A DNA stretch of 64,000 nucleotides from Octopus vulgaris (taxonomy: Eukaryota). A program made the translations under genes and the position numbers. The number at the start of each line of letters is the position of its first letter. The first letter of the stretch is position 1. The DNA is taken from positions 79,050,001 through 79,114,000 of the forward strand of contig OX597831.1 of NCBI GenBank assembly GCA_951406725.2. Reading direction: 5' to 3'. Shown piece by piece: positions 13,592-26,090 of the stretch. The notes under the pieces were generated by a model, which saw only the letters and a list, made by a program, of their open reading frames with translations, searched no databases and had not been told where the DNA came from.

Positions 13592-13650
<59 letters not shown>

Positions 13651-13662
13651 GGGCGACAATGC

Positions 13663-13701
<39 letters not shown>

Positions 13702-13792
13702 TTTACTCGTATATATATATAGGTAAAAGAATAGTCCGGGTCGAGTTTATTAAAGGCGTGTAATGGCCGCAGTCAAATGACTGAAAAGTATA

Positions 13793-13825
<33 letters not shown>

Positions 13826-14519
13826 GATATATATATATAGAGAGAGAGAGAGAGAAGGAGGGAGATACATACATAAACAAAGAGAGAGAGAGAGGGGGGG
13901 TCGAGAGATAATATATACCTATAAGCGAACATACATATATTTACCTGTGTATATAGTATGCGTAGATACATATAAATACACACAATTTCACATACACACA
14001 CACAGATATGCGCGTACTCACGTATAGCCACATATAGCAGCAAGTATGTATGTGTGTGTGTGTGTGTGTGTGTCTGAATGTGGAGGTTGCGTTTTTGCAC
14101 GTGTACGCACAGAATAAAAAGAAACATTTAAAGCCAAGCAAACAAGAACACCGTTAAAAGATATCGTTCCTCCATTTATATTTGTCCATACGTTTTAATA
14201 GATTTTAAACGAAAAACGAAAACATTCAAACAACAACAACAACAGCAACAACAAAAACAACAATATTAAGATTCACAATAAAAACATATATAGAATACAT
14301 GCAGGGACGTTATTTTCAACACAAAGGCATTTTGTTTGACTAATAGCGTTTTCAACTGTTACTCCGCAGAAAAAAAAAATCACACAACAATAAAAAAAAT
14401 ATATAAATATATGTAATTTATATTCTTATTTTACGTTATGGCAATATTTAAATTTATTTAAAAATTTCTATATCGTTTTTCCTTTACATTCTTTTTTTCC
14501 TCTTTTTTCTTTATTGAAC

Positions 14520-14550
14520 ATATTTATTATTATATTTATCATTATTATTA

Positions 14551-14601
<51 letters not shown>

Positions 14602-14657
14602 TATCATTATTATTATTGTTATTATTATTATTATTATTTTTATTATTATTATTATCA

Positions 14658-14731
<74 letters not shown>

Positions 14732-14732
14732 T
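14520..14732. repeat. (ATT)n microsatellite
   Basis: Directly visible. Confidence 0.95.
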
Positions 14733-15372
14733 CTCATTGTTATTGTTTGTTCTTCAAAACAGTTGTTGATAATAATGAAGTTAGACTTTTCGTTTTCCAT
14801 TTTTGATTTTTGTCTAATGCTTCCGATGGGTTGTATACACACACACAAACACACACACATGTATATGTATGCGTATGTATATATATATATATACATATAT
14901 TGTTTTCTCATCGTTTCCTCTCCTCCTTATCCAGCCTCTCCATTATTCATCATTTCGGCACTGTAATGATTGTGGAAAAATATCAGCTGGACGGACGAAT
15001 CGATATGTGTGTTAGTTAAAGAGAATCTTAAGGTTTAAGAGTTCCTGAACTATCAGTGACCTTGTGTACATAAGTTTCGAGTCCTTTCCAAGGATATTGC
15101 ACATTTTAAGCTTCTTGGCACTGGTTTGGGGTCAGTCTGGACTTGAACCCAGGACCTAAAAGACCGGAGCAAACGCTATTAATTATGTGTGTGTTGTTTT
15201 AATGATTCTGCTAACTCGTTGCTTCTTAGTTGACTATTGGAGACAAACGAAGGGAAATATAACCAGTGCATGTGTTATCGTTTGTAAAATAATTTTCACA
15301 ATGTATACTAACGATGAATTTTATCGTTATTTATATTTATACGCTAATCCTTGTGTGTGTGTATATATATAT

Positions 15373-15688
15373 ATATTTATATTATATTAAATTTGAGATA
15401 AACCACTATTAGGCAAATCATGACTGTAACTCGAAAATTTTAAGAATTGAACAGCCATGAAACGATCGTAGTGTTATATTAATTATATTTTTTTAATAAT
15501 TTTGTTATATATTTAAATAATATAAATTAAATAATCTTATGTATTGGCTTAAGTTTTTCATTGTATGATTTGCCTAATAATGGTTTTATCTCTAATTTAA
15601 TATAATATAATATTTTACTATAAAATTGGATTCAATCCTAAATCTGATTTTTCCCTGTAAGTTTGGATTTAACCCTAATATTTTATTA

Positions 15689-15690
<2 letters not shown>
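15373..15690 (+). mobile_element. Inverted-repeat Penelope-like pLTR element in (TA)n, same family as 35566-35978
   Basis: TATATTAAATTTGAGATAAACCACTATTAGGCAAATCA pairs with TGATTTGCCTAATAATGGTTTTATCTCTAATTTAATATA. Unpaired 3' tail to about 15690. HHR 3' half GAAACGATCGTA at 15459-15470. Confidence 0.7.
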
Positions 15691-15738
<48 letters not shown>

Positions 15739-15840
15739 TATATATATATTTATATAAATATAATAGGTAGATAGTTAGATAGGTACTTGCATCACGTACA
15801 CGTACATACATATAATTACGGACACACACGCATACACACA

Positions 15841-15892
<52 letters not shown>

Positions 15893-15930
15893 CATACACA
15901 CACACATAAATATATATGCACACATATACA

Positions 15931-16280
15931 GGCGCAGGCGTGGCACTGTAGTAACAAGGTTCCGGGTTCAGTCCCATTACGTGGCACCTTGGGTAAGTGT
16001 TTTCTATTATAGTCTCAGGCAGGCCAAAGCCTTGTGAGTGGATTTGGTAGACGGAAACTGAATGAAGCCTGTCGTATATAAATATGCGCTTGTGGACAGC
16101 CGATGATTGTGTGTTTACGTCCCCGTAATTTAGCTGTTCGGCGAAAGAGGCCAACAGAATAAGAACTAGGAGTACAAAGAATAAGTCCTGGGGTCGATTT
16201 GCTCGAATAAAAGGCGGATCTGTTTAACTAGAGGCGGTGCTGCAGCAAGGCCGCAGTCAAATTTCTGAGAGAAGTAAAAG
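15931..16280 (+). mobile_element. SINE family B
   Basis: Homology to 7212-7650. Confidence 0.85.
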
Positions 16281-16304
16281 ATATATATATATATATATAT
16301 ATAT

Positions 16305-16500
16305 ATCAGTCGCCATGATAGATCGGTAGCCACTACACACATTATTTTCTCTCCTTCCTTTTTTTCTGTGTCCCTTTCTGTAGAAGAGCGTAGGCTCGAA
16401 ACCTAAAAGACTTTTCTATTCCTGAACCTTATACTAATACATCTGTTTGTTTAGTACAACACCTGTCTTCGTCTTTTGTATTTTTCGTGAACTCTCCCAT
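16305..16500 (+). mobile_element. Penelope-derived pLTR fragment with hammerhead motif, flanked by (TA)n
   Basis: Homologous to 42586-42710 (minus strand), with partial copies at 57480-57540 and 60470-60520. Confidence 0.7.
16374..16409 (+). ncRNA. Minimal type I hammerhead-like motif, A6U core variant
   Basis: CTTT-CTGTAGA-A-GAGC GTAG GCTC-GAAA-CC-TA-AAAG. Stem I 4 bp, stem II 4 bp; stem III is mutated relative to the 42668 copy. Confidence 0.6.
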
Positions 16501-16526
16501 ATATATATATATGTGTATATATATAT

Positions 16527-16566
<40 letters not shown>

Positions 16567-16609
16567 ATTCCTTACGGATAATTAAAGTTATATACACTTT
16601 TAGCGTTTA

Positions 16610-16925
16610 TGAAATAAGTGTATGATTTCAAATGTGGTAACATGTAACATTGACCGAGGTTACCGTGGTCTTTTCCGTAGGCTTTTCTTCCCACGGATAA
16701 ATCTTATCTGCTTCCCCCTTCACACTTTACATCATGACACTGTGATACATGATCCCTATTGATCGTTTCTCCCCCCCACTTTTTTTCTTCCTTCCCTTTT
16801 ACGATCCCTTTTCATTGAAAACCTAACCCACCTGTTTTTACTTTTCTCTCCCCCAATAAGAAAAGCTCTACTTTATAATCTCTCCTGTCTGTGTGCAGCC
16901 CTGTGTGGCTAATAAAGAAATATAT
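16610..16925 (+). mobile_element. Probable LINE 3' UTR fragment ending CAGCCCTGTGTGGCTAATAAAGAAAT
   Basis: A reverse-strand homolog lies at 38955-39030, and the end resembles the tail module of family C SINEs. Confidence 0.4.
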
Positions 16926-17008
16926 ATATATATATTTTTTCTAAAATTTTATCTAGTTTCAGCTCACGAGCTGTGGCTATGCTGGGGCACTGCCATTATC
17001 ATGTCATA

Positions 17009-17061
<53 letters not shown>

Positions 17062-17064
<3 letters not shown>

Positions 17065-17175
17065 CGACTAGCTTTCAGTTTCCGTCTACCTTGGGCAAAT
17101 GTCTTCTGCTATAGCCTCGGACCGACCAAAGCCTTGTGAGTGGATTTGGGAAACAGAAACTGAAAGAAGCCCATC

Positions 17176-17232
<57 letters not shown>

Positions 17233-17490
17233 CGTGTGTGTATGTGTGTGTGTGTTTGTGTGTGTGTGAATATGTGTGTGTATCTGTGTTTGTCCTCCCA
17301 ACATCGATTCACAACCGATGCTTGTGTGTTTACGTCCCCGTAACCTAACGGTTCGGCAAAAGAGACCGATAGAAAAAGTACTAGGCTTACAAAGAATAAG
17401 CCCTGGGGTCGATTTGCTCGACTAAAGGTGGTACTCCATCATAGCCACAGTCAAATGACTGATACAAGTAAAAGAGTAATGGAGTAAGAG
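17062..17490 (+). mobile_element. SINE family B with a short inverted piece at its 5' junction
   Basis: Homology to 7212; 17062-17090 is an antisense family B segment. Confidence 0.8.
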
Positions 17491-17529
17491 TGTTCAAATA
17501 CAAGGGGCATTTTCCTTGTTACTGTTTGT

Positions 17530-17593
17530 CTCTGTCTCTCTTGTTTACTCTTGTGGTTGCGAAGTCGTTGTGAATTCTTTGCAGAGAAGAAGG

Positions 17594-17626
<33 letters not shown>

Positions 17627-18600
17627 AGAAGAAGAAGAATGAGAAGAAGAAGAAGAAGAAGAAGAAGGAGAAGAAGAATGAGATGAAGAATGAGAAGAAG
17701 AAGAAAAAGAAGAAGAAGAAGAAGAAGAAGAAGAAGAAGAAGAAAAGGAAGAAAAAGAAGAAGAAGAATGCGGGAGTGCTATAATAGTAGTAGGATGTTA
17801 AATGGTCAAGTGCCCTGAAAGTGACTTGTCGTGGATGGCAGTAGTGATTGGATTCTTGAGATATCTCTTTTGAATGTTTTGTTTATAATATTTGCGTAGG
17901 TGTTATTCTAAACAGCAATAGCGGTAAAGTTAGGAAGGAGGTGGCAGAGAGGAAGAAGACGAAGAACAAGAAGGATAAAGGAGAATAAGAAGGAATGCAG
18001 GTAGTTTGATAGTAGTAGGGTGTTAAATGGTCAAGTGCCCTAAAAGTGACTCGCGATGGATTAAAGCAGTGATTGGGACTGTTTGTAAATGAATTCTTGG
18101 GAATCTCTTGAGTGCATCATCTTTAATATTTGCGTGTGTGTTTGTGTTATTCTAAGGCCGTGGTGGATATGTCGTTTGATGTAGACGCGTTCAAAAGGGG
18201 TCTGTATTTTGTAATAAAGAGAGTTTCTTTACTAATTCGTTGGCTATTTCGTCCCTGAATTGATAGAGTGGAAACATTCTGAAGCTTGGATTTTTGTTAT
18301 TGGCGCAAATGTCGATGTGTTGGCTGAACGCTATTTTACTGTTTTTGGGAATTTTGATCTGGGATCTGTGCAGAGCCATTCTATGACGTAGACTGTTTTT
18401 TGTTTGGCCTATGTATTGCTCTTGAAACCCAGGGCAGGTTAGCGCGTATATCAGGTTCTCCGGAGCACATGTGAAGTTGCTTTTCACTGTGTAAAATTGT
18501 CCCTGTTTGAAGGGGAACTCTGATCCCTCAATTAAATTGACGCATATCCTACAGTTGTGTCTTCCGCATTTTTTTACTGACGGCTTCTGTGTTGTTGATA
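17530..18600 (-). mobile_element. Penelope-like element 3' remnant: Cys-rich linker, GIY-YIG endonuclease and 3' UTR
   Basis: Peptide KKCGRHNCRICVNL...NFTCAPENLIYALTCPGFQEQYIGQTKNSLRHRMALHRSQI...FSQHIDIC (LIY..YIG, R..R...H). A frameshifted continuation reads KETLFITKYRPLLN. An internal direct duplication spans 17784-17910 and 18010-18155. Confidence 0.85.
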
Positions 18601-18626
18601 AGCGTATACACACACGCACACACGCA

Positions 18627-18759
<133 letters not shown>

Positions 18760-19324
18760 TGTAACCAAATACGTCAAAATATATTTGTAATGATGTATGC
18801 TGCATGTAAAACGAAAGAAAAAAGTAATAAATGCGTTTGAAAAGTGCTAAGGAGAAGATGCGATGCTGCCAGTTTCGTTCCTTATTATGTCTTTGCTCGT
18901 GTGGAACTCACTAATCCAGCTTAATCTTTAATCAAATGCTAAGCTCATTCTTTCTGCTTATTTTCTCGGGTCCCACTGTGCTTCTCATGCCTCGGTTTAC
19001 TCCCGTGGCTAAGCTCCCTCCCAGAGAGATTTTCTGATTTGAGCTGCTTCTTTTAATTTCTTGGTTTTCATAGTTTTCCCAATCTCTTCTGAGCTGTTAT
19101 TTCTGTTGTAGGTGGTTTCCATATCATTCATAATGAAACACATTAGAGTCTTCAGCACCCCACCACCTATTAGTAAACATACCTTGGAATACATCGTACA
19201 ATGTATAGGTGGTGAACTGGTTGAGTTATCAGAGTATCGGATCTAATCGCTGGCATTACTTATTCCTGATCTCTGGGTTGAAATCGAACCAAGAACATCT
19301 TTACTTTTCATCCTTCGAACTTGG

Positions 19325-19740
19325 TTAACCCACATTCTTTTCTATTCGACGCAGAAGGGTCGAAATTTCTGGGGAGGGGGCCAGTCGATTAGATCGACTC
19401 CAGTATGCAACTGTTACTTAATTTATCGATCCCGAAAGGATGAAAGGCAAAGTCGACCTCGGTGGTATTTGAACACAGAACATTTCGCCAGGCGTGCAAA
19501 CGTTCCTTATTTCTTTAGTACCCACAAAGGAGCTAATCATAGTGGGGACAAACAAGGATAGACAAAGGGATTAAGTCGATTACATCAACCACAGTGCGTA
19601 ACTGGTACTTAATTTATTGACCCCGAAAGAATGAAAGGCAAAGTCGACCTCGGCGACATTTGAACACAGAACGTAAAGACAGACGAAGTACCGCTAAGCA
19701 TTTCGCCCGGCGTGCTAACGTTTCTGCCAGCTCGCCGCCT
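19325..19740 (-). mobile_element. Nested family C (Nin/Deu-like) SINEs
   Basis: Homology to 4590-5175. Confidence 0.8.
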
Positions 19741-19744
19741 TTGG

Positions 19745-19980
19745 TTAAGCCACATTACTCTGTAAGGAGCGTAGGGCCAGATTCCCGCTTTCTCTGGCGT
19801 ATCTATTCTTCCACGGAATGGACGCCGGTCAGTCGGTGGGTTATTCATTTCTATCCGATGATTGGGCTGCAGCAACGTGTAATGAAGTGTTTTGCTCAAG
19901 AACACATCGTGCGGTCCAGGAATCGAAAACACAATCTTACGATCGTCAGTTCAATGCTTTCCCGACTTAGCCATACGCTT
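19745..19980 (-). mobile_element. Diverged tRNA-derived SINE (TTGAGCAA domain), related to 45112-45442
   Basis: The minus-strand head is followed by GTGTTCTTGAGCAAAACACTTCATTACACGTTGC. Confidence 0.65.
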
Positions 19981-20089
19981 CCGCATATCGATTGCTACAC
20001 TCTCAGTTATGTAGCGAGGTCGTCTCTTCTATCTCCTATACATACACACACACACACTCTCATGCACACACACAAATGTATATGTGTGT

Positions 20090-20239
20090 AGAACGAACTT
20101 TACTTCCCAACAACATGGTTCCGAGTTCAATCCCACTGCGTGGCACCTTGGGCAAGTGTCTTCTACTATAGCCTCGAGCCGACTAAAGCCTTCTTAGTGG
20201 ATTTGGTAGAAGGAAACTGAAAGAAGCCCGTCGTAGATA

Positions 20240-20240
<1 letters not shown>
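20090..20240 (+). mobile_element. SINE family B, partial
   Basis: Homology to 7240-7375. Confidence 0.8.
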
Positions 20241-20270
<30 letters not shown>

Positions 20271-20374
20271 GTGTGTGTGTGTGTATGTGTGTGTAAGCGT
20301 GGGCGTCAAAGAGAGAGAGAGGGAGACAGACAGACAAACAGCTACACACTCACACACTCACACACTCACACACA

Positions 20375-20424
<50 letters not shown>

Positions 20425-20479
20425 GTGTCTGTGTGGCAGTTTTCGGGGTTATGACGATAGTCCGATAGTCTGTTGCTGG

Positions 20480-22275
20480 TACTGATGGTGGTGGTGTGGT
20501 AGTGGCGGCGTCGGTGGTGGTGGTTGTGGTGTTAATAGTAGTACTCGTCGTTGAAGCCGGTGAGTTGATGCAGGTGGTGGTGGTGGTGGTGGTGGTGATG
20601 ATGAGAAAGACATCAACGAATGTCGTTGACGATGACAACAACGAAAACGATGATGTTGATGATGAAAATGATAGTGATGTTGGTGATGTTAGTGACGCTG
20701 CTGCTGGTGATGCTTCTTGCTGTCTTCGTCGTCCCTTTTGTGAGAGTGGTGGTGCTGGTGGTGGTGGTGGCGGTGGTGTTAGTGGCGGTGGCGGAGGCGG
20801 CGGCGGTGGTGGTGGTGGTGGTGGTGGTGATGGTGGTGTGGACCAAAACCACGATGTTTTCAGCAACGACGACAAGGACTTCGACATAGACGACGAAGAC
20901 GACGACGATGACGTTGTGATGATGATGATGATGATGATGATGATTGCAATGACTACGATGACAAAGGCGATGTTGATTGTGATAATAGGGGTAGGGGGTT
21001 ATCGTTTCTGTTGTCCTGTGGTGGTATTGGTGCCGACGATAACGACGATGATGACGATGGTGATGGTGGTGGTGGTGGTGGTGTTAGTGACTATCGTAGA
21101 GCTCTTGGTAGTGATGGCGGTGGTGGTGACAGTGGTTGCGGTGACAGTGGTGGCGGTGGTGGTGACAGTGGTGGCGGTGATTGTTGCACTGGTGGTGGTA
21201 GTGGTAGTGATGGTGGTGGTGGTGGTGGTGGTGGTGGTAGCGGCGGTGGTGCTGGTGGTGGTGTGGGGGTGGGGGGTGGTGGTGGTGGTGGTGGTGGTGT
21301 TTTCTACAGAAATGACTCAGATATTGGATCAAAATAGACTTATATGTTTTTGTGAGGGACTGAAAGAGAAATTGTAAGGAGGTGGGGGGGAGTGATACAT
21401 ACATACATATATATAGTAGAGAGAGAGAGAGAGAGAGAGATATATAAGGGAGGTAGTGAGAGGTGGGCAAGGAATGGTTGATGGCGGGACGGTGCGGGTA
21501 GGGTTAAGACGGGAACATTCGGGATGGAATAAATGGGTCACATGATTACGCCGTTGAGAGGAATTTCCGGTTTGAAACCTCTTCAACCCCATAACCACTA
21601 CCTTCACAACCACCAGCACTACAGCACCGACATCATCAACACCACCACCACCACCACTACCATTATTACCACCAGCTTCACCATCGTCACCAACTCCATC
21701 ATCACTATCATCGTCACCATTATCACCATCACTCCCACCATCACCAACATACCCACCGCCATCAGCCTCGCCACCCCATATCTACCACCACCATCACCTT
21801 CACCATTCCCAGCAGTACTCCAGACCCAGCAGCATCACCATCAGCGCCACGATCACCATCGCCAACGGCAATGTCACTATCACCTCCATTATCACCATCA
21901 GTATATCCCTCACCACCTCCACACTACCACCACCAGCACCTCCACCACCAGCACCACCACTATCACCACCACCACAACTATCACCATCAGGATCTCCATC
22001 ACTACCCCCATACCGTCACCACCACTCCCTCCGCCATCACCATCACCATCACCATAACGACCGCCGCCACCACCACCACCACCATCAGTGCCATCACCAC
22101 CACCAACAACAACAAGAACAACAACGTCAACATCATCACTAGCAATTCCAACACTAGTCCAACAACTATGACTACCACGACAACAACTACCACAACACCA
22201 CCGTCACAACCAACATTATTACCACTGCCACTACAACCAACATTATCAACACCACTACCACTACCAAACCCCTAC
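20480..22275. repeat. Two degenerate trinucleotide blocks, (GGT/GAT)n then (CAC/CAT)n
   Basis: Directly visible; the long ORFs here are low-complexity artefacts. Confidence 0.9.
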
Positions 22276-22324
22276 TACATTTAGAACATCAGTAACATTA
22301 TTCACCATCCCTGCTTCTAATACT

Positions 22325-23070
22325 CGCTTCGAATTCTGGCAGAAAGCCAGCAGTTTCGGGGCAAGGGGTCCAGTCGATTCAATCGGCTCCAGTACGCAAC
22401 TGGTACTTAATTTATCGACCTCGGAAAGGATGAAAAGCAATTTCGACCTCGGCGGAATTTGAACCCTGAACGATAAGACGGCTGAAAGGCCGCCAGGCAT
22501 TTTACCCGGCGTGCTAACGACTCTGCCAGAAATCGACCCCGTTGTTTAACCGGTACTTATTTTATCGACCGTGAAAGGATGAAAGGCAAAAATCGACCTC
22601 GGCAGAATTTGAACGCAGACGAAATACCTATTTCTTTACTACCCACAAGGGGCTAAACACAGAAGGGACAAACAAGGACAGACATGGGATTAAGTCGATT
22701 ATATCGACCCCCAGTACGTAACTGGTACTTAATTTATCGACCCCGAAAGGATGAAAGGCAAAGTCGACCTCGGCGGAATTTGAATTCAGAACGAAACGGC
22801 AGACGAAATACGGCTACGCATTTTGCCCGGCGAGCTAACGATTCTGCCTGCCCACCGTCTTATGTAACAATATTGCCACCAAAACACCGGATAAATTGAT
22901 TAGCGGTATTTCGTCCGTCTTTACGTTCTAAGTTCAAAATCCGCCGAGGGTCGACATTGAGTTCCATCATTTTGGTGCCGGTAAATTGAATACCTGTTGA
23001 ACACTGGGGTCGATGTAATTGATTGAAACCGTCCCCGAAGCGGCTGCCCTTGGGCCAAACGTTGAAACCA
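22325..23070. mobile_element. Family C SINE cluster (minus copies 22325-22858, plus copy 22895-23070)
   Basis: Nin/Deu-like domain repeated; homology to 4590-5175. Confidence 0.8.
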
Positions 23071-23849
23071 CTTTTACCACAGCAACAGTAATTACTCAGT
23101 TTAACTGTTAGTACAACTGCCCCCAACATAATTAACACCATTACAGTCATGACCAAAACTAACATTGGGAGCACAACTATCCCTAAGATCACCACAATTA
23201 GCGCCAGTACCACAATCATGATTATTAAAAACAAATGTCAATATTAGAGCTGCAATTACCACCACTAGTACTAACGCCTTGACAACAACCATTAGAAACA
23301 CGAATAGTAAGAGCACAACTACTACCGCAACTACCACCACTAACTCCATAACCCCTAGCAAAACCATAATTACCACTGCCATTCCAAATACAACTACCAC
23401 TACTACAACCAACACAAGCATCAAGCATATCGAGACAGCCATCATTACTACCACCACAACTATCACTTGTACCACAAATGTTTGTAGCATATCCACAAGC
23501 TCAGCTCAAACAGCGAACGTTCATAGCAACACAACTACCACTACCCAACTACAACACGACCACCAACAACAACAATACTACAAGCACCACTACAAACACG
23601 AACATTGGTGGCAGCAGAATGACCATGACGCGATTTCAACACGACTGTAAGAATTATTTCTAAGACTGTATGTGTGTATGTATGTATGCATGTATGCATG
23701 TATGCATGTATGTATGTATGTATGTATGTATGTAAGTATGTATGCATGTATATATGCAAGTATGCATGCACGTATGTATGTATTATCTATCCATCTATCT
23801 ATATCTACGTATCTATCAGTCCGTCTATCTCTGTCTGTCTATCTATCTA

Positions 23850-23907
<58 letters not shown>

Positions 23908-23924
23908 ATATCTATCTATCTATA

Positions 23925-23958
<34 letters not shown>

Positions 23959-23972
23959 GCTAGCTAGCTATA

Positions 23973-24015
<43 letters not shown>

Positions 24016-24070
24016 CGGATAGGCATACAAGTTCTACTAACATGACGTTACATCTTGATATTTATTCAAA

Positions 24071-24110
24071 TACCAAACCGGTTTCAACAATTTTTTGCTT
24101 ATCAATGGTA
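24071..24110 (-). ncRNA. Minimal type I hammerhead ribozyme motif with U3-A8 core pair
   Basis: Minus strand reads TACCA-TTGATAA-GCAAAAAATTGTT-GAAA-CCGG-TT-TGGTA. Stem I is a perfect 5 bp, stem III is the palindrome ACCGGT, the cleavage triplet is GUU, and a (TA)n tract is nearby. Confidence 0.65.
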
Positions 24111-24659
24111 AACATAATTAAATAAAGGGTTTTCGTAGAGTTCAAAGCTACAAGGTAAAATTTTTAAAACATAGGCGTTTAAACGATCAAATGTCCAAAT
24201 GTTCCCGGAAATTTCAAAGTGTTCTACAAAGATAGACAGTAATATAAGTTTTAATGATCTATATACGGCTGTATGGATGCATGGATGGATGGACGGATGG
24301 ATGGATGGAATGATAACGTCACCTCCAATAAAATAAAGGCAAGAAAAGATAATGAAATAAATAAAAAATACAAGTCAAAAAATATTTGTAAATAATGTTT
24401 TTTTTAAATCCAACAATTAATTAAATCAATAAATACACAAACAAAAACAACAGAAATTCATCGAAGGAGAGAAATGAAGATATTGTTAGGGAGAGGGTTT
24501 TTTTCCAACAATATCCTCAAGTCAGCCATCTTGTCTTTAGCTATTTCCCTCCTCTTTTACTAGAGAGGACTAATTTCTGACTTATTAACAATTTCTCAAT
24601 GGCAGCTATTAGATAATGCCTCCAACCCAGCCCATCCCGCCATCGTCGTTAACCAGTTT

Positions 24660-25266
24660 CTCTCTTTCTTCCTTTATATTTCTTTCGATCTTTATTCTCT
24701 CTCCCTTCTTTTTATTATTCTTATTAGTTTTGCATCTCATCTCCATCTTCTTTATTCACTTTTTCATCTTCTTCTTTCTCATAGCTTTCGTCTTCGTTTC
24801 CTTTCTCTTCCTCTTGTTCGCTCGTCTTTCGCTTCTACCTCCTCTTCTTCTACCCCTTCTTTTTCTTTTTCTTCTTCTTCTTCTTCTTCTTCTTCTTCTT
24901 CTTCTTCTTCTTCTTCTCCTCCTCCTCCTCCTCCTCCTCCTTCTTCTTCTTCTTCTCCTTCTTCTTCATTATCATCATTATCATCATCTTCTTCATCATC
25001 ATCATTATCATCATCAACTTTATCAACCATCTTTTTCTTTTTCACCATCATCATCATCATCTTCCTGACCGTCTTCTTTTTTTCTTTTTCTCCTACTCCT
25101 CTTCCTCCTCCCCCTGCCATTTTCCTCCTCCATTGTCTATTCTCTTTTCTTCTCCGTCCTCTTCTCCCGCATCGTCACCTAATTGCTTCCATACCTGTTT
25201 CTTCTTCTTCACAATTTCTTCCTTTTAGCATTCTCTTTCATGTCCACTTCTTCATCATCATTTCCA

Positions 25267-25299
<33 letters not shown>

Positions 25300-26090
25300 C
25301 CTTCTTCTTCTTCACCATCATCATCATCTTCTATTACTACTACTACTACTACTACTACTACTACATTTTATTTTTCTCTGTCTTTTTCTTCGATTTTCTC
25401 CTTCTTTTCTTCTTACTTTTACTCCATTTTGACTCTTCCGTGACAAACCCCCTCAATAAATAGCAAAGTCCCCTATTCCTCTCCACTCCACTCCAGCGCC
25501 ATCTAACATCCACTTTAACCGCTTCCCTCGTCCTCAGCGCTCCCACCCCGATCATTATCAATCCATCAATCCACCCCGCACCCACCTACAAAACCGTCCC
25601 TTCTACTCCTCCTCATCAGGCATCTTACCCACCAACCTCATACACACCTGTTCTTTCCTTTTTCTTTTCCCGCGTCTTTCTCCTTCCTCTTTATAAATCC
25701 CCTTCACTCCCCTATACCCGCTCGCACTCTTCCTGCGCCTTCTGTAACCTATACCTCCTTCTTCATCTTCTTTCTTCTTCTTCTCCTTCTTCTTCTTCTC
25801 CTCCTTCTTCTCCTTCTTCTTCATCTTCTTCTTCTCCTTCTTCTTCTTCTTGTTCTTCTTCTTCTCCTCTTTCATCTTTTTCTGCTTCCTCTTCTTCTTC
25901 TTCTTCTCCTTCTTCTTCTTCTTCTTCTTCTTCTTCTTCTTCTTCTCCTTCATCTTCTACTTCTTCTTCTTCAACTTCTTTTTCTTCTTCTTTTTCTTTT
26001 TCTTCTTTTTTCTTCTTCTTTTTCTTCTTTTTATTATTATCATTATTATTTTTATTATTATTTCCTTTTTCCTCCTTTTCACCCTCATCA
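24660..26090. repeat. Pyrimidine-rich (CTT/CCT/CAT/CTA)n blocks
   Basis: Directly visible. Confidence 0.9.

Noticed and set aside
19009-19194. Short minus-strand ORF as a gene exon
   Set aside because: No recognisable domain or convincing splice sites.
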